Below, piece by piece: positions 22,920-32,618 of a stretch of DNA of 64,000 nt (the stretch's first letter is position 1; each line of letters starts with the position of its first letter). A model generated the notes under the pieces. The model had not been told where the DNA came from and made no database searches. It saw only the letters and a program-made list of their open reading frames with translations. Location: the IMG/VR virus record IMGVR_UViG_2061766007_000924, positions 37,396-101,395 of that record. One strand, written 5' to 3'. A program made the position numbers and the translations under genes. The DNA is from a virus (Duplodnaviria; Caudoviricetes).

Positions 22920-23273
22920 ATGATTAAAGACAGTGGAGAAAGAACAGAGTTCAGCACGGGAGCTCTTAGAGATATGCATGAGGGCAAGGGAAGATACGAC
23001 CTTCTTCCTTGGGAAGCAATTTGGGAGGTATCAAAGCATTGTGAGAATGGGGCTATCAAATATGGGGAGCACAATGTAGATAAGGGCATTCCTGTTCATT
23101 CCCTGTTTGACAGCGGTATTAGGCATGCTGTGAAGTGGTGGCTTGGATGGAATGATGAGCCACACTTGGTCGCTGCATGCTGGAATCTTTTGTGGGCGTT
23201 GCAGATGACAATTTGCAAGACCGAGATGGACGATAGACCGTGCGTAAAGGAGCATGATCAAAGTGCAGATTGA
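22920..23273 (+). CDS. dATP/dGTP diphosphohydrolase domain protein (DUF5664)
   Basis: 'GKGRYDLLP...GAIKYGEHN...GIP...DSGIRH...EPHLVAACWN'. Confidence 0.8.
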   Translation: MIKDSGERTEFSTGALRDMHEGKGRYDLLPWEAIWEVSKHCENGAIKYGEHNVDKGIPVHSLFDSGIRHAVKWWLGWNDEPHLVAACWNLLWALQMTICKTEMDDRPCVKEHDQSAD

Positions 23274-24747
23274 ACAGATTAACAGCAAGTGCGTAGCGTT
23301 CAAAACTTTGACGGATCTTATGGTAGGACGCTACAGGGAGAGGCTTCTTGGGCAAGAGGTTGAGTCGGTAACTGCTGCTGAGAAGCTGCTTGATGCTGCT
23401 GAAAGAGTCGTGTCGTATATAATGGAGGTCACAGAAGATGAGGAATTGCATTAACTGCGGTGCGCCTCTACGCGGGAGGAAATGTGATTATTGCGGCACT
23501 GAGTATACAGAAGACGGAAATATTCAGGCTGAGTTCGATGCAAGAGATGGGATAGGCGTTGTGAATCTTATGGGTCAGAAATACACTTGCTATGTTGCAA
23601 AGATGGAGGCAGTTGGAATTGATGGCCCAAATTCAGGGCGAGACATGTATGGAAGGATGCATAGAGAGACTATATGTTACAAGCACAGATTTACTCTTGT
23701 GGAGGTGTAATGTGAAAGCAAACGAAATTTGCGTTGTGTTAAGTTCTGAAAAGGGCGTTGTGTGTGGATTTAGCAATAAAGAGATATATTCAATCCGAGT
23801 TGACGGAGGTGCGACAACTGTCGAAGCGGTAAAAGACGGGGTCAACTACAGGATGACAGTTCCCAATGAAAATGCTGAGTTCATAGACAAGTATGAATAT
23901 GAGAGGCGAAGAAACACATGGAGATGACACCAGTGAGCGCCGTCCACGTTCTCGGAGAGACATACAAAGTATTCAAGAAAGACTATAAAGACGATGAGGC
24001 TTTTGAGAGAAATCAGATAAGCGGATATTGTGATGGGCTACAAAAGATAATCGTCTTTTGCAACATGAACACATACAAAGACTGGGAGTATGAGCCGGAG
24101 GCGACTAAGAGGGCTTGCGAAAAGCAGACGCTCAGGCACGAGATTGTACATGCTTTCTTTAACGAAAGTGGATTGGCGGAGTGCGCTCACGTATCAGAAG
24201 GATCATTTGCAAAGGATGAGGAGCTTGTAGACTGGATAGCAAATCAAGGAGCTAAAATCTACAGGGCATGGGAAGAGGCCGGGTGCTTGCCTTGACAGGT
24301 GGTGAAATGTTAACTATAATGGCAACAGAGAGCAAAGGAGGGGCTAAGATGAAAAACGACCCCTACACACAAGATGTGATAGAAGTCTTTGAGCAGATCA
24401 TGGAGGGGTGCGAGACAAATTACTCCAAGACTGCTGCATTGATTGAGACAAACGGAAAGCCGATGTCCAGACAGGCTATTTTCAAGATGGTCAAGCAAGG
24501 CTCTATGAAGCTGTCTGCATTTTTCAAAATCATGGATGCACTCAATGTGCAGGTGGTTTTCAAGAAGGGCGGAAAGATCATTTCTGCAAGGATGCCTAAG
24601 TTTTAATCGTGGTAGCCGTGGTAGCCAACTGTGGTAGCCAAACATACAAAAAGACGTATGAACTTATCCAAAGAAGTCAGAAGACGCATCCTAAGAAAAC
24701 CGCAGAAAATCTAACATTTTTGAAGATACCAGATGCCAGCCTCATAG

Positions 24748-24792
24748 ATGGCATTCAAGAGGTCAGCGGTTCGATCCCGCTTATCTCCACCA
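24748..24792 (+). mobile_element. attP core corresponding to the 3' half of a tRNA-Ala(GGC) gene
   Basis: ATGGCATTCAAGAGGTCAGCGGTTCGATCCCGCTTATCTCCACCA runs from anticodon loop to CCA with no 5' half. It lies about 200 bp upstream of the integrase. Confidence 0.88.
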
Positions 24793-24798
24793 AGGGGT

Positions 24799-24833
24799 AA
24801 AAGGACGGAAACGAAGGTTTTCGTCCTTTTTTT
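24799..24833 (+). terminator. Terminator after the att core (would terminate the reconstituted tRNA gene)
   Basis: AAAAGGACGGAAAC-GAAG-GTTTTCGTCCTTTTTTT. Confidence 0.75.
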
Positions 24834-24996
24834 GTACTTTTTGGGCAATTTGGAGTAACGGCAAAATGGTCGTGGTAGCCAAAAAAGGTAGCCAAACTTG
24901 ATTTTTGAGGCTAATTTTTTCAAAAAGGGGCTATCTCCGAAGATAAGAAATGATATATAATGAAATCAGAAGCAAGCTGTCTGGAGGGTGTGTGGC

Positions 24997-26286
24997 ATGG
25001 CGGTTATCAGGGAGAGAAAAGACAAGAATGGGGTTGTCACAGGGTACAAGGTCGTTGTTACTCTGGGACGGGATGACCACAACAAGAAAATCTATGTCTC
25101 AACCACGATCCCAAGGCAAGAGGGTCTTACTCCTAAGAAAGAGGAAAAGGAGATCCACAGGCTTGCCGAGGAGTGGGAGCATGAGCAGAGGGAGCTGTTT
25201 GAGCAGAATAAGGATGCGCTAAAGGATAAGGCCAACAAGAAAAAAATCACTCTGAAAGAGTTTATAGATGAGATATGGTTTAAGAAGCATGTCAAGGATG
25301 GAACGCATACTCCAGAGACGATATCTTTCTACACCTACATGTCTCAGGACATAAAAAACTATTTTGGAGATAAAAAACTTGCCGACATAAGCAAGAATGA
25401 CATACTGGACTATCTCCTGTTCATGAGGACGGAGGCAAAGACGAAACAAGGGAAGCCGTATAGCAAAGCGACCATACAGCACCACTTCAACACGATCAGG
25501 AATATTTTAGAGTATGCTGTTTACATTGAGTACAAAAAGGATAATCCTTGTCTGAGATTAAAGACGGCGGATAAGCCAAAAAGGGGAGAAGGAGAGATTG
25601 ACTTCCTTGAAGAGGAAGAGGCCATAAACTTCATGAGCTGTCTGGAGTCAGAAAAGGAAATAGAGCACTGGAGGAAAAACAGGAGCAGCTATCTCAGGTG
25701 GAAAACGATGGTCAACATCATGATAGTTACCGGGCTCCGCAGAGGCGAGATTGTTGGCTTGCAATGGGGGGACATAGATAAAAAGAACAACACGCTCAAG
25801 GTGTGCAGGAACGTAACGCCGGACACTTCTCACAAGGGAGAGAAAGAAAGCAAAGATAAGGTTCATGTTGGCGAAACGAAGGGGAAGAAGATCCGGCGAG
25901 TGCCAGTATCGAAATATCTCGTAGAGCTGCTTGATGAGTATAAAGAGGAGCAGGAGCAGAAATACAAAGAAATTGCAGATGACGATTACATCTTTTGCAG
26001 GGATGATGACACAAAGCTTTCCATCTATCCAACTGTGCCTACGAGGATGATGAAGAATTTCATAAAGAGGCACGGGCTCCCGAATGTCAGTCCTCACGAT
26101 TTAAGGCATACGGCGGCTTCGCTTGCTATTCAGAGTGGGGCTAACGTGAAGGAGATTCAGGCACTGATGGGGCACAAGGATGCTGCAACAACGCTCAAAT
26201 TTTATGCGGGTATCAGTGAGAAGGCTCAGAGGGACACAATAGATGGAATTGAAGGGATTTTGAGGAAAAGCAACGATGTCAAATAA
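24997..26286 (+). CDS. int: Tyrosine integrase
   Basis: 'TGLRRGEIVGLQW', 'HDLRH', 'LMGH...TTLKFY'. Confidence 0.95.
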   Translation: MAVIRERKDKNGVVTGYKVVVTLGRDDHNKKIYVSTTIPRQEGLTPKKEEKEIHRLAEEWEHEQRELFEQNKDALKDKANKKKITLKEFIDEIWFKKHVKDGTHTPETISFYTYMSQDIKNYFGDKKLADISKNDILDYLLFMRTEAKTKQGKPYSKATIQHHFNTIRNILEYAVYIEYKKDNPCLRLKTADKPKRGEGEIDFLEEEEAINFMSCLESEKEIEHWRKNRSSYLRWKTMVNIMIVTGLRRGEIVGLQWGDIDKKNNTLKVCRNVTPDTSHKGEKESKDKVHVGETKGKKIRRVPVSKYLVELLDEYKEEQEQKYKEIADDDYIFCRDDDTKLSIYPTVPTRMMKNFIKRHGLPNVSPHDLRHTAASLAIQSGANVKEIQALMGHKDAATTLKFYAGISEKAQRDTIDGIEGILRKSNDVK

Positions 26287-26312
26287 AGTCGGAATTTGCT
26301 ATATGATAAATA

Positions 26313-26341
26313 TTGACACGCTAAAAAGCAAATGATATTAT
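26313..26341 (+). promoter_or_regulatory. xis promoter with an operator-like site in its spacer
   Basis: TTGACA-N17-TATTAT overlapping ACGCTAAAAAGCAA. Confidence 0.65.
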
Positions 26342-26373
26342 GGTGACAGTCATTTTGAACGGAGGGCTTACTT

Positions 26374-26550
26374 ATGGTTAAGCTGATGACTGTCAAGAAC
26401 GTAGCGAAAGAATACGGGCTATCTGAGGATATGCTGCGTTCGTGGATCAAGCGCGGCGAATGTCCCGGATTTTACAACGGTAACAGGTTCATGATAAACG
26501 TGGATCTTCTGGAGAAGAAAATCACGGAGATTTCCACAAAAAGACAATGA
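26374..26550 (+). CDS. Excisionase-like HTH protein (58 aa, not in the ORF track)
   Basis: RBS GGAGG. Translation MVKLMTVKNVAKEYGLSEDMLRSWIKRGECPGFYNGNRFMINVDLLEKKITEISTKRQ. Adjacent to int. Confidence 0.75.
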   Translation: MVKLMTVKNVAKEYGLSEDMLRSWIKRGECPGFYNGNRFMINVDLLEKKITEISTKRQ

Positions 26551-26802
26551 GAGGGTCACAATTTGTGGCTCTCTCATTTGTGCGCTTTAAGGTATAATCA
26601 GTCTCTGTATGGCGACTAAAAAACGTAAAGGAGATCAAAATGGACAACACGGAAAACACACTGGCGTTTGAGCTGGAGGCTCGGTACATGAGATGCAATG
26701 CTTTGCTTAATTCCACAGAACATGTTTGCTCGGAGGACAAAGAAGCTATTATGTGGATCTTTGAGGAAGAGTTTGGAAAACTTGGAGAGGCTATCGCAGC
26801 GG

Positions 26803-27141
26803 CTATTGAAATAGTTCGGAGCAAATAAATGTAATATTCTGTTTCTCTAAATTGTAGGAAAGATACTCATAAAAGTCGCCATATGCATTTCTGCTCAGTA
26901 GCCTGTTCAGGAGCAAGATGTCTGCTATTGCATGGGCGTGAGGCTTTCCACCATAGTAGAAATCACGGCAGAGTGATTCAAGATATTCAACGGATAGACG
27001 AGGGCAAGACGCATTGGGGCCGATCTGGCTTGTAACAATGATGACTTTGCCCTCATTTGATATATAGATTTCTTTTGCTGTGAGCTTGAATGTTAGCTGA
27101 ACGTTTTTTGAGATTAGAACACAGTTATCAAATTCAGTCAT
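26803..27141 (-). CDS. Hypothetical protein translationally coupled to cI
   Basis: 112 aa, overlaps the repressor stop codon on the same strand. Confidence 0.6.
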   Translation of the reverse strand: MTEFDNCVLISKNVQLTFKLTAKEIYISNEGKVIIVTSQIGPNASCPRLSVEYLESLCRDFYYGGKPHAHAIADILLLNRLLSRNAYGDFYEYLSYNLEKQNITFICSELFQ

Positions 27142-27481
27142 ATTTTGATAAGAGAGTGTCTATAACAAGCCTGTCGTTTTCAGAAGCTACTTTGTATCTG
27201 TTTAGGAATTTCATGTCCTCCTCGGACATTTCTGGATATTTATCGTCTGTTCTTCCGAGCAGCCAATCAACAGAAACATTAAACAAGTCTGCTATTCTCC
27301 ATATAGCGAGAGTGTCCGGGCTTCTGCTGATAAAGTATCTGGATATAGATGTTGGGTTCATGTTCAGTGCAATTGCGGTTTCCTTCATGTTGATTCCCCT
27401 GCTGTCAATGAGCTGACGGAATCTTTTTTTGAACGTCTCAAAAGTGCGTTCATCGACAACCCTGTAGCGACCATCACTCAT
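27134..27481 (-). CDS. CI-like XRE/HTH repressor
   Basis: 'INMKETAIALNMNPTSISRY...IADLFNVSVDWLLGRTD'. RBS AGGAGG. Divergent from a cro-like gene. Confidence 0.85.
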   Translation of the reverse strand: MSDGRYRVVDERTFETFKKRFRQLIDSRGINMKETAIALNMNPTSISRYFISRSPDTLAIWRIADLFNVSVDWLLGRTDDKYPEMSEEDMKFLNRYKVASENDRLVIDTLLSKYD

Positions 27482-27645
27482 GATAAAGACCTCCTATATA
27501 TATTTTTATCAATGATAACGCAAAAGAAATCACCTGTCAAATAAAATCGCTAAAAAGCGTGAATAAATTGCTATTTGCCGTTGACATTTGCTTGAAAGAG
27601 CGTTACAATGGCAGTGCAAATTGAGGGAAGGAGGGAACAGAGCTT
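27482..27645. promoter_or_regulatory. Lysis/lysogeny switch region
   Basis: Rightward TTGACA-N17-TACAAT (27581-27609). Leftward TTGACA at 27535-27540. Operator-like TCGCTAAAAAGCGT (27547) and TTGCTATTTGCCGT (27568). Confidence 0.75.
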
Positions 27646-27864
27646 ATGTGGAGCGAGAAACAGATCAAGATGATGAGATGTGGGAAGGGCCTTTTTACAG
27701 CGAAAGATATGGTAGATGCTCTTGCTAAAGAGGGAGTTGATATTGCTACGAGCACATATCTGGGCAAAGAAAAGGGAAAGCGGCCTTTCTCCGCGAAGGA
27801 GATCAGAGCGTTGTCTGCTGTGCTTGGGCTAACCATAGGACAAGCAGTGGACATTTTTTCTTGA
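27646..27864 (+). CDS. Cro-like HTH protein
   Basis: 72 aa, 'TYLGKEKGKRPFSAKEIRALSAVLGL', divergent from cI. Confidence 0.8.
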   Translation: MWSEKQIKMMRCGKGLFTAKDMVDALAKEGVDIATSTYLGKEKGKRPFSAKEIRALSAVLGLTIGQAVDIFS

Positions 27865-27934
27865 CGGAAAGTTGCTAAACAGCGAACAGAAAAACCAGTA
27901 GGCGTTTGCTTTATGGTAATTTTAGCATGAATGT

Positions 27935-28447
27935 GTGGTGAAGAAAATGGGGCGTGATGCATCAATAGCGCGAGGAAATGTGTGGTATGAGGCTCGGTTA
28001 AGGGCTGCAAAGTGGGTTGACAAGCTTTCGAGCAGAGCTGGAGCTGCTGAGATGCTTGGTGTCAGTGAGGAAGTAGTGAAATCGACAGAAATGGGGCTGT
28101 ATAGGCACATGCCTGTAGAGACAGCAGTGAAGATGGCGGATGTCTACAATGCTCCAGAATTGCTAAACACTTACTGCATGTATGAATGCCCAATAGGGTG
28201 TAACAAGCCGATATCTGATGAGCCGATTGAAGTAGACAGAGCTGCTGTAAAGCTTACTCAGATTTTAAGGAAAGAGACTGTTCAGGCGTTCAAGCACAAA
28301 TTACAGGACATTGCTATGGATGGCGTAATCTCTGATGATGAACTGGATGAGTTTAATGAGGTCGTAGACAGCCTCAAAGATGTGTCGAAGATAATCTCAC
28401 AGCTGGAGATTATTAGAGATAGACGGATGGCTTACAGGGTTAAGTGA
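27935..28447 (+). CDS. XRE-family transcriptional regulator (CII-like position)
   Basis: HTH 'SRAGAAEMLGVSEEVVKSTEMG...MADVYNAPEL...YC...CPIG'. Confidence 0.7.
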   Translation: MVKKMGRDASIARGNVWYEARLRAAKWVDKLSSRAGAAEMLGVSEEVVKSTEMGLYRHMPVETAVKMADVYNAPELLNTYCMYECPIGCNKPISDEPIEVDRAAVKLTQILRKETVQAFKHKLQDIAMDGVISDDELDEFNEVVDSLKDVSKIISQLEIIRDRRMAYRVK

Positions 28448-28464
28448 AAGGGAAGGGATGTTAA

Positions 28465-29217
28465 ATGGACGAAAACATGACAATCTGGAATCCGGGAGAC
28501 AAGATCAATCGAATCAAGCCGTACAAAATCTATGAAGAGGCAAAGTGGTCGGAAGAGAAAGAGGAAGAGAAGACTTCACGCAGGACGCATATCCGCAAGA
28601 GACGCAATCTGACGGACTTTATCAGGCAAAACAGCGATATTGTCAGGAATGTCATTATCATGATCGTTGCTGTGGTCATCGGGTGTTTTATCACTTACTG
28701 GCGCACGAGTGACGTTCTTGAAAAGCGTTACGAAATGCAGCTCAAGACTGAGATTTTCAAGGCGGAGCAGACGCTTGCGGCAAGGATGAGAGAAGAGTAT
28801 GGCGTGACTGAGGCTGAGGCCGCTACACTCAAGATGGAGGAAGAGGCAAAGACTATTGCAAAAGTTCTCTATCCGATGAGAAACAACAAGGCTCATGGAC
28901 TCAGATCCGCAGTGTGGTGCGTTTTGAACAGGGTGGATAATCCTCTGTATGCAGATGACGTTTACTCAGTGTGCTCTGCAAAACAGGCGTTCATGGGATG
29001 GTCTGACGATAATCAGGTGCTTGATAATCTGTATAACATTGCGCTCAAAGAGCTGCAAGTCTGGCATTCTGGAGTAAGGCCGATGGATACGAAATTCGTC
29101 TTTCTTGACTGGACTGCACGGGAAATCATGCTGAGAGATCAGTTTGAGGAGCGTGGCGCTCACGTTTGGACGGAAGATGACTGGTACGACTATGATGAGG
29201 CTCACGGAGTCTCATAA
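28465..29217 (+). CDS. Membrane-anchored SleB/Hydrolase_2-like cell wall hydrolase homolog
   Basis: TM segment followed by 'AKVLYP...AVWCVLNRVDNPLYADDVYSVCSAKQAF'. Confidence 0.6.
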   Translation: MDENMTIWNPGDKINRIKPYKIYEEAKWSEEKEEEKTSRRTHIRKRRNLTDFIRQNSDIVRNVIIMIVAVVIGCFITYWRTSDVLEKRYEMQLKTEIFKAEQTLAARMREEYGVTEAEAATLKMEEEAKTIAKVLYPMRNNKAHGLRSAVWCVLNRVDNPLYADDVYSVCSAKQAFMGWSDDNQVLDNLYNIALKELQVWHSGVRPMDTKFVFLDWTAREIMLRDQFEERGAHVWTEDDWYDYDEAHGVS

Positions 29218-29236
29218 AAACAAGGAGGGTGTATAT

Positions 29237-30166
29237 ATGGAAGAGAAACTTGCGGTAAGAGATGAAGACATCATTGTAGTTAAGCAGCTGCCAATCATTG
29301 AGGACAGGCTTGAAGGTGTGTTCTTGTCTGTTAAGGACAGGCTCGAAGCTATGTCCAATTTGGTGGTAACCGAGGAAAACTACAAAGAGCTCAAGAAGAC
29401 ACGGGCGGATCTGAACAAAGAGTTTGGAGAGCTTGAGGCTTTGAGAAAGGGCGCAAAGGCAGCGATTGAGGCACCATACAAGCGTTTTGAAAACGGGATC
29501 TACAAGCGCATTTCTGACACTTACAGAGATGCTATTGGAAAGCTTGATGGAGAAATCAAGGACGTTGAGGGTGGCTTGAAGACTCAGAAGCAGAAAGAGC
29601 TTTTCGTATACTACGAGGAGTACAGGCAGAGTCTTGGGCTTGACAGTGCGATTGCAGATCCTAAGAAGTCTGGTATCAAGGTAGGGCTTTCCAGCGGCAT
29701 GAAAGCGCTCAAGGAACAGGTGCGGCAGTATCTTGACCGCATTGACGGCGATTTGAAGATGATCGACACGCTGGACAATGCAGATGAGGTGCTTGCTGAG
29801 TATCGAGAGTGCATGAGCGTGACTGATGCTGTTCGGATTGTTGCAGACAGGCATAAGCGGATTGAGGACGAGAAGATCCGCAGGATGGCTGAGGAGGAGA
29901 ACCGAAAGGCCAGAGAAGAGAATGAAAAGGCTGTAGAAGAGGCTATACAGCAAGCACAAGAGGCGGAGGATGAAGTTCCGGTCACGCCTACTGTCAAAGC
30001 TGAACCAGAGGCAATCAGCGAGGCCACGGAGCCTGTTTTGAGCACTAAGTATCTCGGCTATGAGATTTTTGGCACACTGACTCAGCTCAAGGCGCTCAAG
30101 GCGTTCTTGAAGGAAGAATTGAAGAATTATCTGGAAAGGGAAGGTATGAAGTATGGGGAATGCTAA
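29237..30166 (+). CDS. DUF1351-like coiled-coil protein
   Basis: 'VVTEENYKELKKTRADLNK...RK...PYKRFE', upstream of RecT. Confidence 0.7.
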   Translation: MEEKLAVRDEDIIVVKQLPIIEDRLEGVFLSVKDRLEAMSNLVVTEENYKELKKTRADLNKEFGELEALRKGAKAAIEAPYKRFENGIYKRISDTYRDAIGKLDGEIKDVEGGLKTQKQKELFVYYEEYRQSLGLDSAIADPKKSGIKVGLSSGMKALKEQVRQYLDRIDGDLKMIDTLDNADEVLAEYRECMSVTDAVRIVADRHKRIEDEKIRRMAEEENRKAREENEKAVEEAIQQAQEAEDEVPVTPTVKAEPEAISEATEPVLSTKYLGYEIFGTLTQLKALKAFLKEELKNYLEREGMKYGEC

Positions 30167-31139
30167 CGCACTTGTCGCAGGGCAGAAAAACAAGATGAAG
30201 TTCAGCGTGGCTTTGCAGACTGACATGTATCAGAATCTGATTAAGAACACGCTGCAAGACCCTGAGAGAGCTAAGAGGTTCATTGCGTCAATTTCGTCTG
30301 CTGTGGCTGTAAATCCGCAGTTGCAGGATTGCACGGCGAGTTCGATTTTGGCAGGGGCGCTTTTGGGCGAGAGTCTGAATCTTTCACCGTCTCCTCAGCT
30401 TGGTCAGTATTATCTTGTGCCGTACAAAAATCAGTGCAAGGATAAGGACGGCAAAAAGCTTTGGGCGGTAGACGAGAAGGGGATCAAACTCAAGGACGAA
30501 AACAACAAGTGGATTCCTGTTACAGAGATGGTAGCCACTTTCCAGATTGGTTACAGGGGGTTAATCCAGCTTGCGCTTCGGACTGGTCAGTATAAAAAGC
30601 TCAATGTCATTGAGATCAAAGAGGGCGAGTTGAAGCACTTTGATCCTCTTAATGAGGAAATTGAGTGCTTGCTGATTGATGACTTTGAGAAACGTGAGGC
30701 AGCTCCAACGGTTGGGTACTACTGCATGTTTGAGTATCTGAACGGTTTCAGAAAAGCCATGTACTGGAGTAAAGAGAAGATGCTGTCTCATGCGGACAAG
30801 TACAGTCCTGCTTTCAGCGCTGAGGGCTATAAGAAGTACATTTCTGGAGACTACGACAAGAAGGATGAGTGGAAATACAGCTCGTTCTGGTACAAGGATT
30901 TTGATGCGATGGCTAAGAAAACGATGCTGAGGCAGATCATTTCAAAATGGGGCGTAATGTCTACAGAGATGCAGGAAATTATCATGAGAGATGAGAAGAT
31001 GACCCAGCTTGTGGGTGATCAGATTGTCACTGAGGACATTGTAGAGATGCCTGATCCAGTCGCTCCTGTGACTGTAGAGGACTTCAAGCAGCCTGAGTTT
31101 GAGGCCGTGGGCGGTCAGGTGGATTTAGACTCACTTTAA
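30153..31139 (+). CDS. recT: RecT-family single-strand annealing protein
   Basis: 'LNLSPSPQLGQYYLVPY...FQIGYRGLIQLALRTGQY...FDAMAKKTMLRQ'. Confidence 0.92.
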   Translation: MGNANALVAGQKNKMKFSVALQTDMYQNLIKNTLQDPERAKRFIASISSAVAVNPQLQDCTASSILAGALLGESLNLSPSPQLGQYYLVPYKNQCKDKDGKKLWAVDEKGIKLKDENNKWIPVTEMVATFQIGYRGLIQLALRTGQYKKLNVIEIKEGELKHFDPLNEEIECLLIDDFEKREAAPTVGYYCMFEYLNGFRKAMYWSKEKMLSHADKYSPAFSAEGYKKYISGDYDKKDEWKYSSFWYKDFDAMAKKTMLRQIISKWGVMSTEMQEIIMRDEKMTQLVGDQIVTEDIVEMPDPVAPVTVEDFKQPEFEAVGGQVDLDSL

Positions 31140-31163
31140 TGTAAATTGGCTGGAGGGACAAGA

Positions 31164-31811
31164 ATGGTCGATGTGAATGTAATAGAGACTGGATCTTCTG
31201 GAAACTGCACGATATACGACAAGACAGTCATGGTAGACTGCGGCGTTTCATTTAAGAAGGTTCAGCCGTTCATTGGAGACTTAAAGCTTGTCCTTCTCAG
31301 CCATGTCCATTCAGACCACTTCAAGGTAAGCACGATTCGCAGGATGGCACTGGAGAGACCAAAGATCAGAATCGCTTGCTGCGGGTGGCTGGCAAAGCCT
31401 CTTGCTGATGCAAATGTGCCAAAATCTCAGATTATCGTGATGAAGCCAAACTTTATCTATGATTTTGGCATTTGCAGCGTCATTCCCATAGAGGTCGAGC
31501 ATGATGTGCCGAATGTAGCGTACAAGATCCTTTTCCCGTCTTGCAAGGTGTTCTATGCTACAGATTGTGTAAATTTGAGGGGAATTATAGCAAAAAACTT
31601 TGACCTGTACTGTGTAGAGGCCAACTTTGAAAAGGAAGAGCTCAAGGCAAGAATGGACGCAAAGAAAGAGGCTGGGCTATATCCTTATGAGCAGAGAGTC
31701 ATGCGCTGCCACATGTCGAAAGAGGATTGTGATGATTGGCTTGTCAGGAATATGGGGCCGAACAGTCAGTATATGTACATGCACTGTCACGTAGACAAGG
31801 GAGAGTCATGA
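31164..31811 (+). CDS. Metallo-beta-lactamase-fold hydrolase (RecT-associated nuclease)
   Basis: 'TGSSGNC', 'SHVHSDH', 'HDVPN', 'YATD', 'EANF'. Confidence 0.88.
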   Translation: MVDVNVIETGSSGNCTIYDKTVMVDCGVSFKKVQPFIGDLKLVLLSHVHSDHFKVSTIRRMALERPKIRIACCGWLAKPLADANVPKSQIIVMKPNFIYDFGICSVIPIEVEHDVPNVAYKILFPSCKVFYATDCVNLRGIIAKNFDLYCVEANFEKEELKARMDAKKEAGLYPYEQRVMRCHMSKEDCDDWLVRNMGPNSQYMYMHCHVDKGES

Positions 31812-32368
31812 AGGGGAGAATTGTGTTTTATGACTGGGCGAAGAACAGGGCAATCATAGAGTTTGACCCGGACTTTTCCCAGACTTACGAGAAGTACAAA
31901 GAGAAAGATGTAAATGTAGAGGTTAAGGCATGGAAGCCTAAGCGGAGTGGAGCAGCTAACAGGTATATGTGGACTCTGGCTGACAGGATAGCTAAGGAAT
32001 GGAGCAAAACAAAGCATTTTCAGGTATCTAAAGAGGACGTTTACAGGGACACGATCAGAGACATCGGAGGATGCTCAAGCATTCTTCTGATGGTAGATGA
32101 GGCTGTGGACAGGTTTTGCGAGTCTTGGGACAAACAGGGTATAGGCTGGCAGACGGAACGAATTCCTGTAGGCGATGGAAACACGAATGTCATTGCGTAC
32201 TATGGATCATCATGTTTTGACAGAGATCAAATGGCAGAGCTAATCAACAAGCTCATCTGGGAGGCCGAGGGACTTGGTATAGATACGGACACTCCTGATC
32301 GAGCTTTGTGGTGGGAATCATTGGAGGAAGAGTATGGAAACAGTCATAAAAAAGATAAGGCCACTTGA
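31808..32368 (+). CDS. NinB-like recombination accessory protein
   Basis: 'KRSGAANRYMWTL...GSSCFDRDQMAELINKLIWEAEGLGI'. Confidence 0.6.
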   Translation: MKGRIVFYDWAKNRAIIEFDPDFSQTYEKYKEKDVNVEVKAWKPKRSGAANRYMWTLADRIAKEWSKTKHFQVSKEDVYRDTIRDIGGCSSILLMVDEAVDRFCESWDKQGIGWQTERIPVGDGNTNVIAYYGSSCFDRDQMAELINKLIWEAEGLGIDTDTPDRALWWESLEEEYGNSHKKDKAT

Positions 32369-32603
32369 AGACGAGGCAATTATTGCAAGAATGCCGCAGA
32401 CAGTCAAGATCAGGAATCATTTGATCAGGTACGGCAGCATTACTTCTCAGGAGGCATGGAGGCTGTACAACATCACGAGGCTATCTGACGTGGTGTACAA
32501 GCTGAAATACAAGAGAGAGCCACACATGGACATTAAGACAGAAATGATCTATGAGAGGGACAGATTTGGCAATCCTATACAGTATGCCAAGTATTATATT
32601 TGA
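32334..32603 (+). CDS. Winged-HTH domain protein
   Basis: 'HLIRYGSITSQEAWRLYNITRLSDVVYKLK'. Confidence 0.7.
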   Translation: METVIKKIRPLEDEAIIARMPQTVKIRNHLIRYGSITSQEAWRLYNITRLSDVVYKLKYKREPHMDIKTEMIYERDRFGNPIQYAKYYI

Positions 32604-32618
32604 TTTTGGAGGAAAGAA

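Larger units (their letters stand above)
13075..24295 (+). other. Dense run of about 45 short, mostly hypothetical early/accessory ORFs
   Basis: Co-oriented ORFs with GGAGG-type RBSs and overlapping ATGA start/stops. Many contain CxxC motifs. Confidence 0.75.
24609..24893. repeat. Integrase arm-type direct repeats GTGGTAGCC flanking attP
   Basis: Copies at 24609, 24618, 24631 and 24872, plus GGTAGCC at 24887. Confidence 0.75.

Noticed and set aside
24609-24800. 63-aa ORF, or a complete tRNA-Ala gene
   Set aside because: The ORF runs through the arm repeats and att core, and the tRNA lacks its 5' half, so this is attP.
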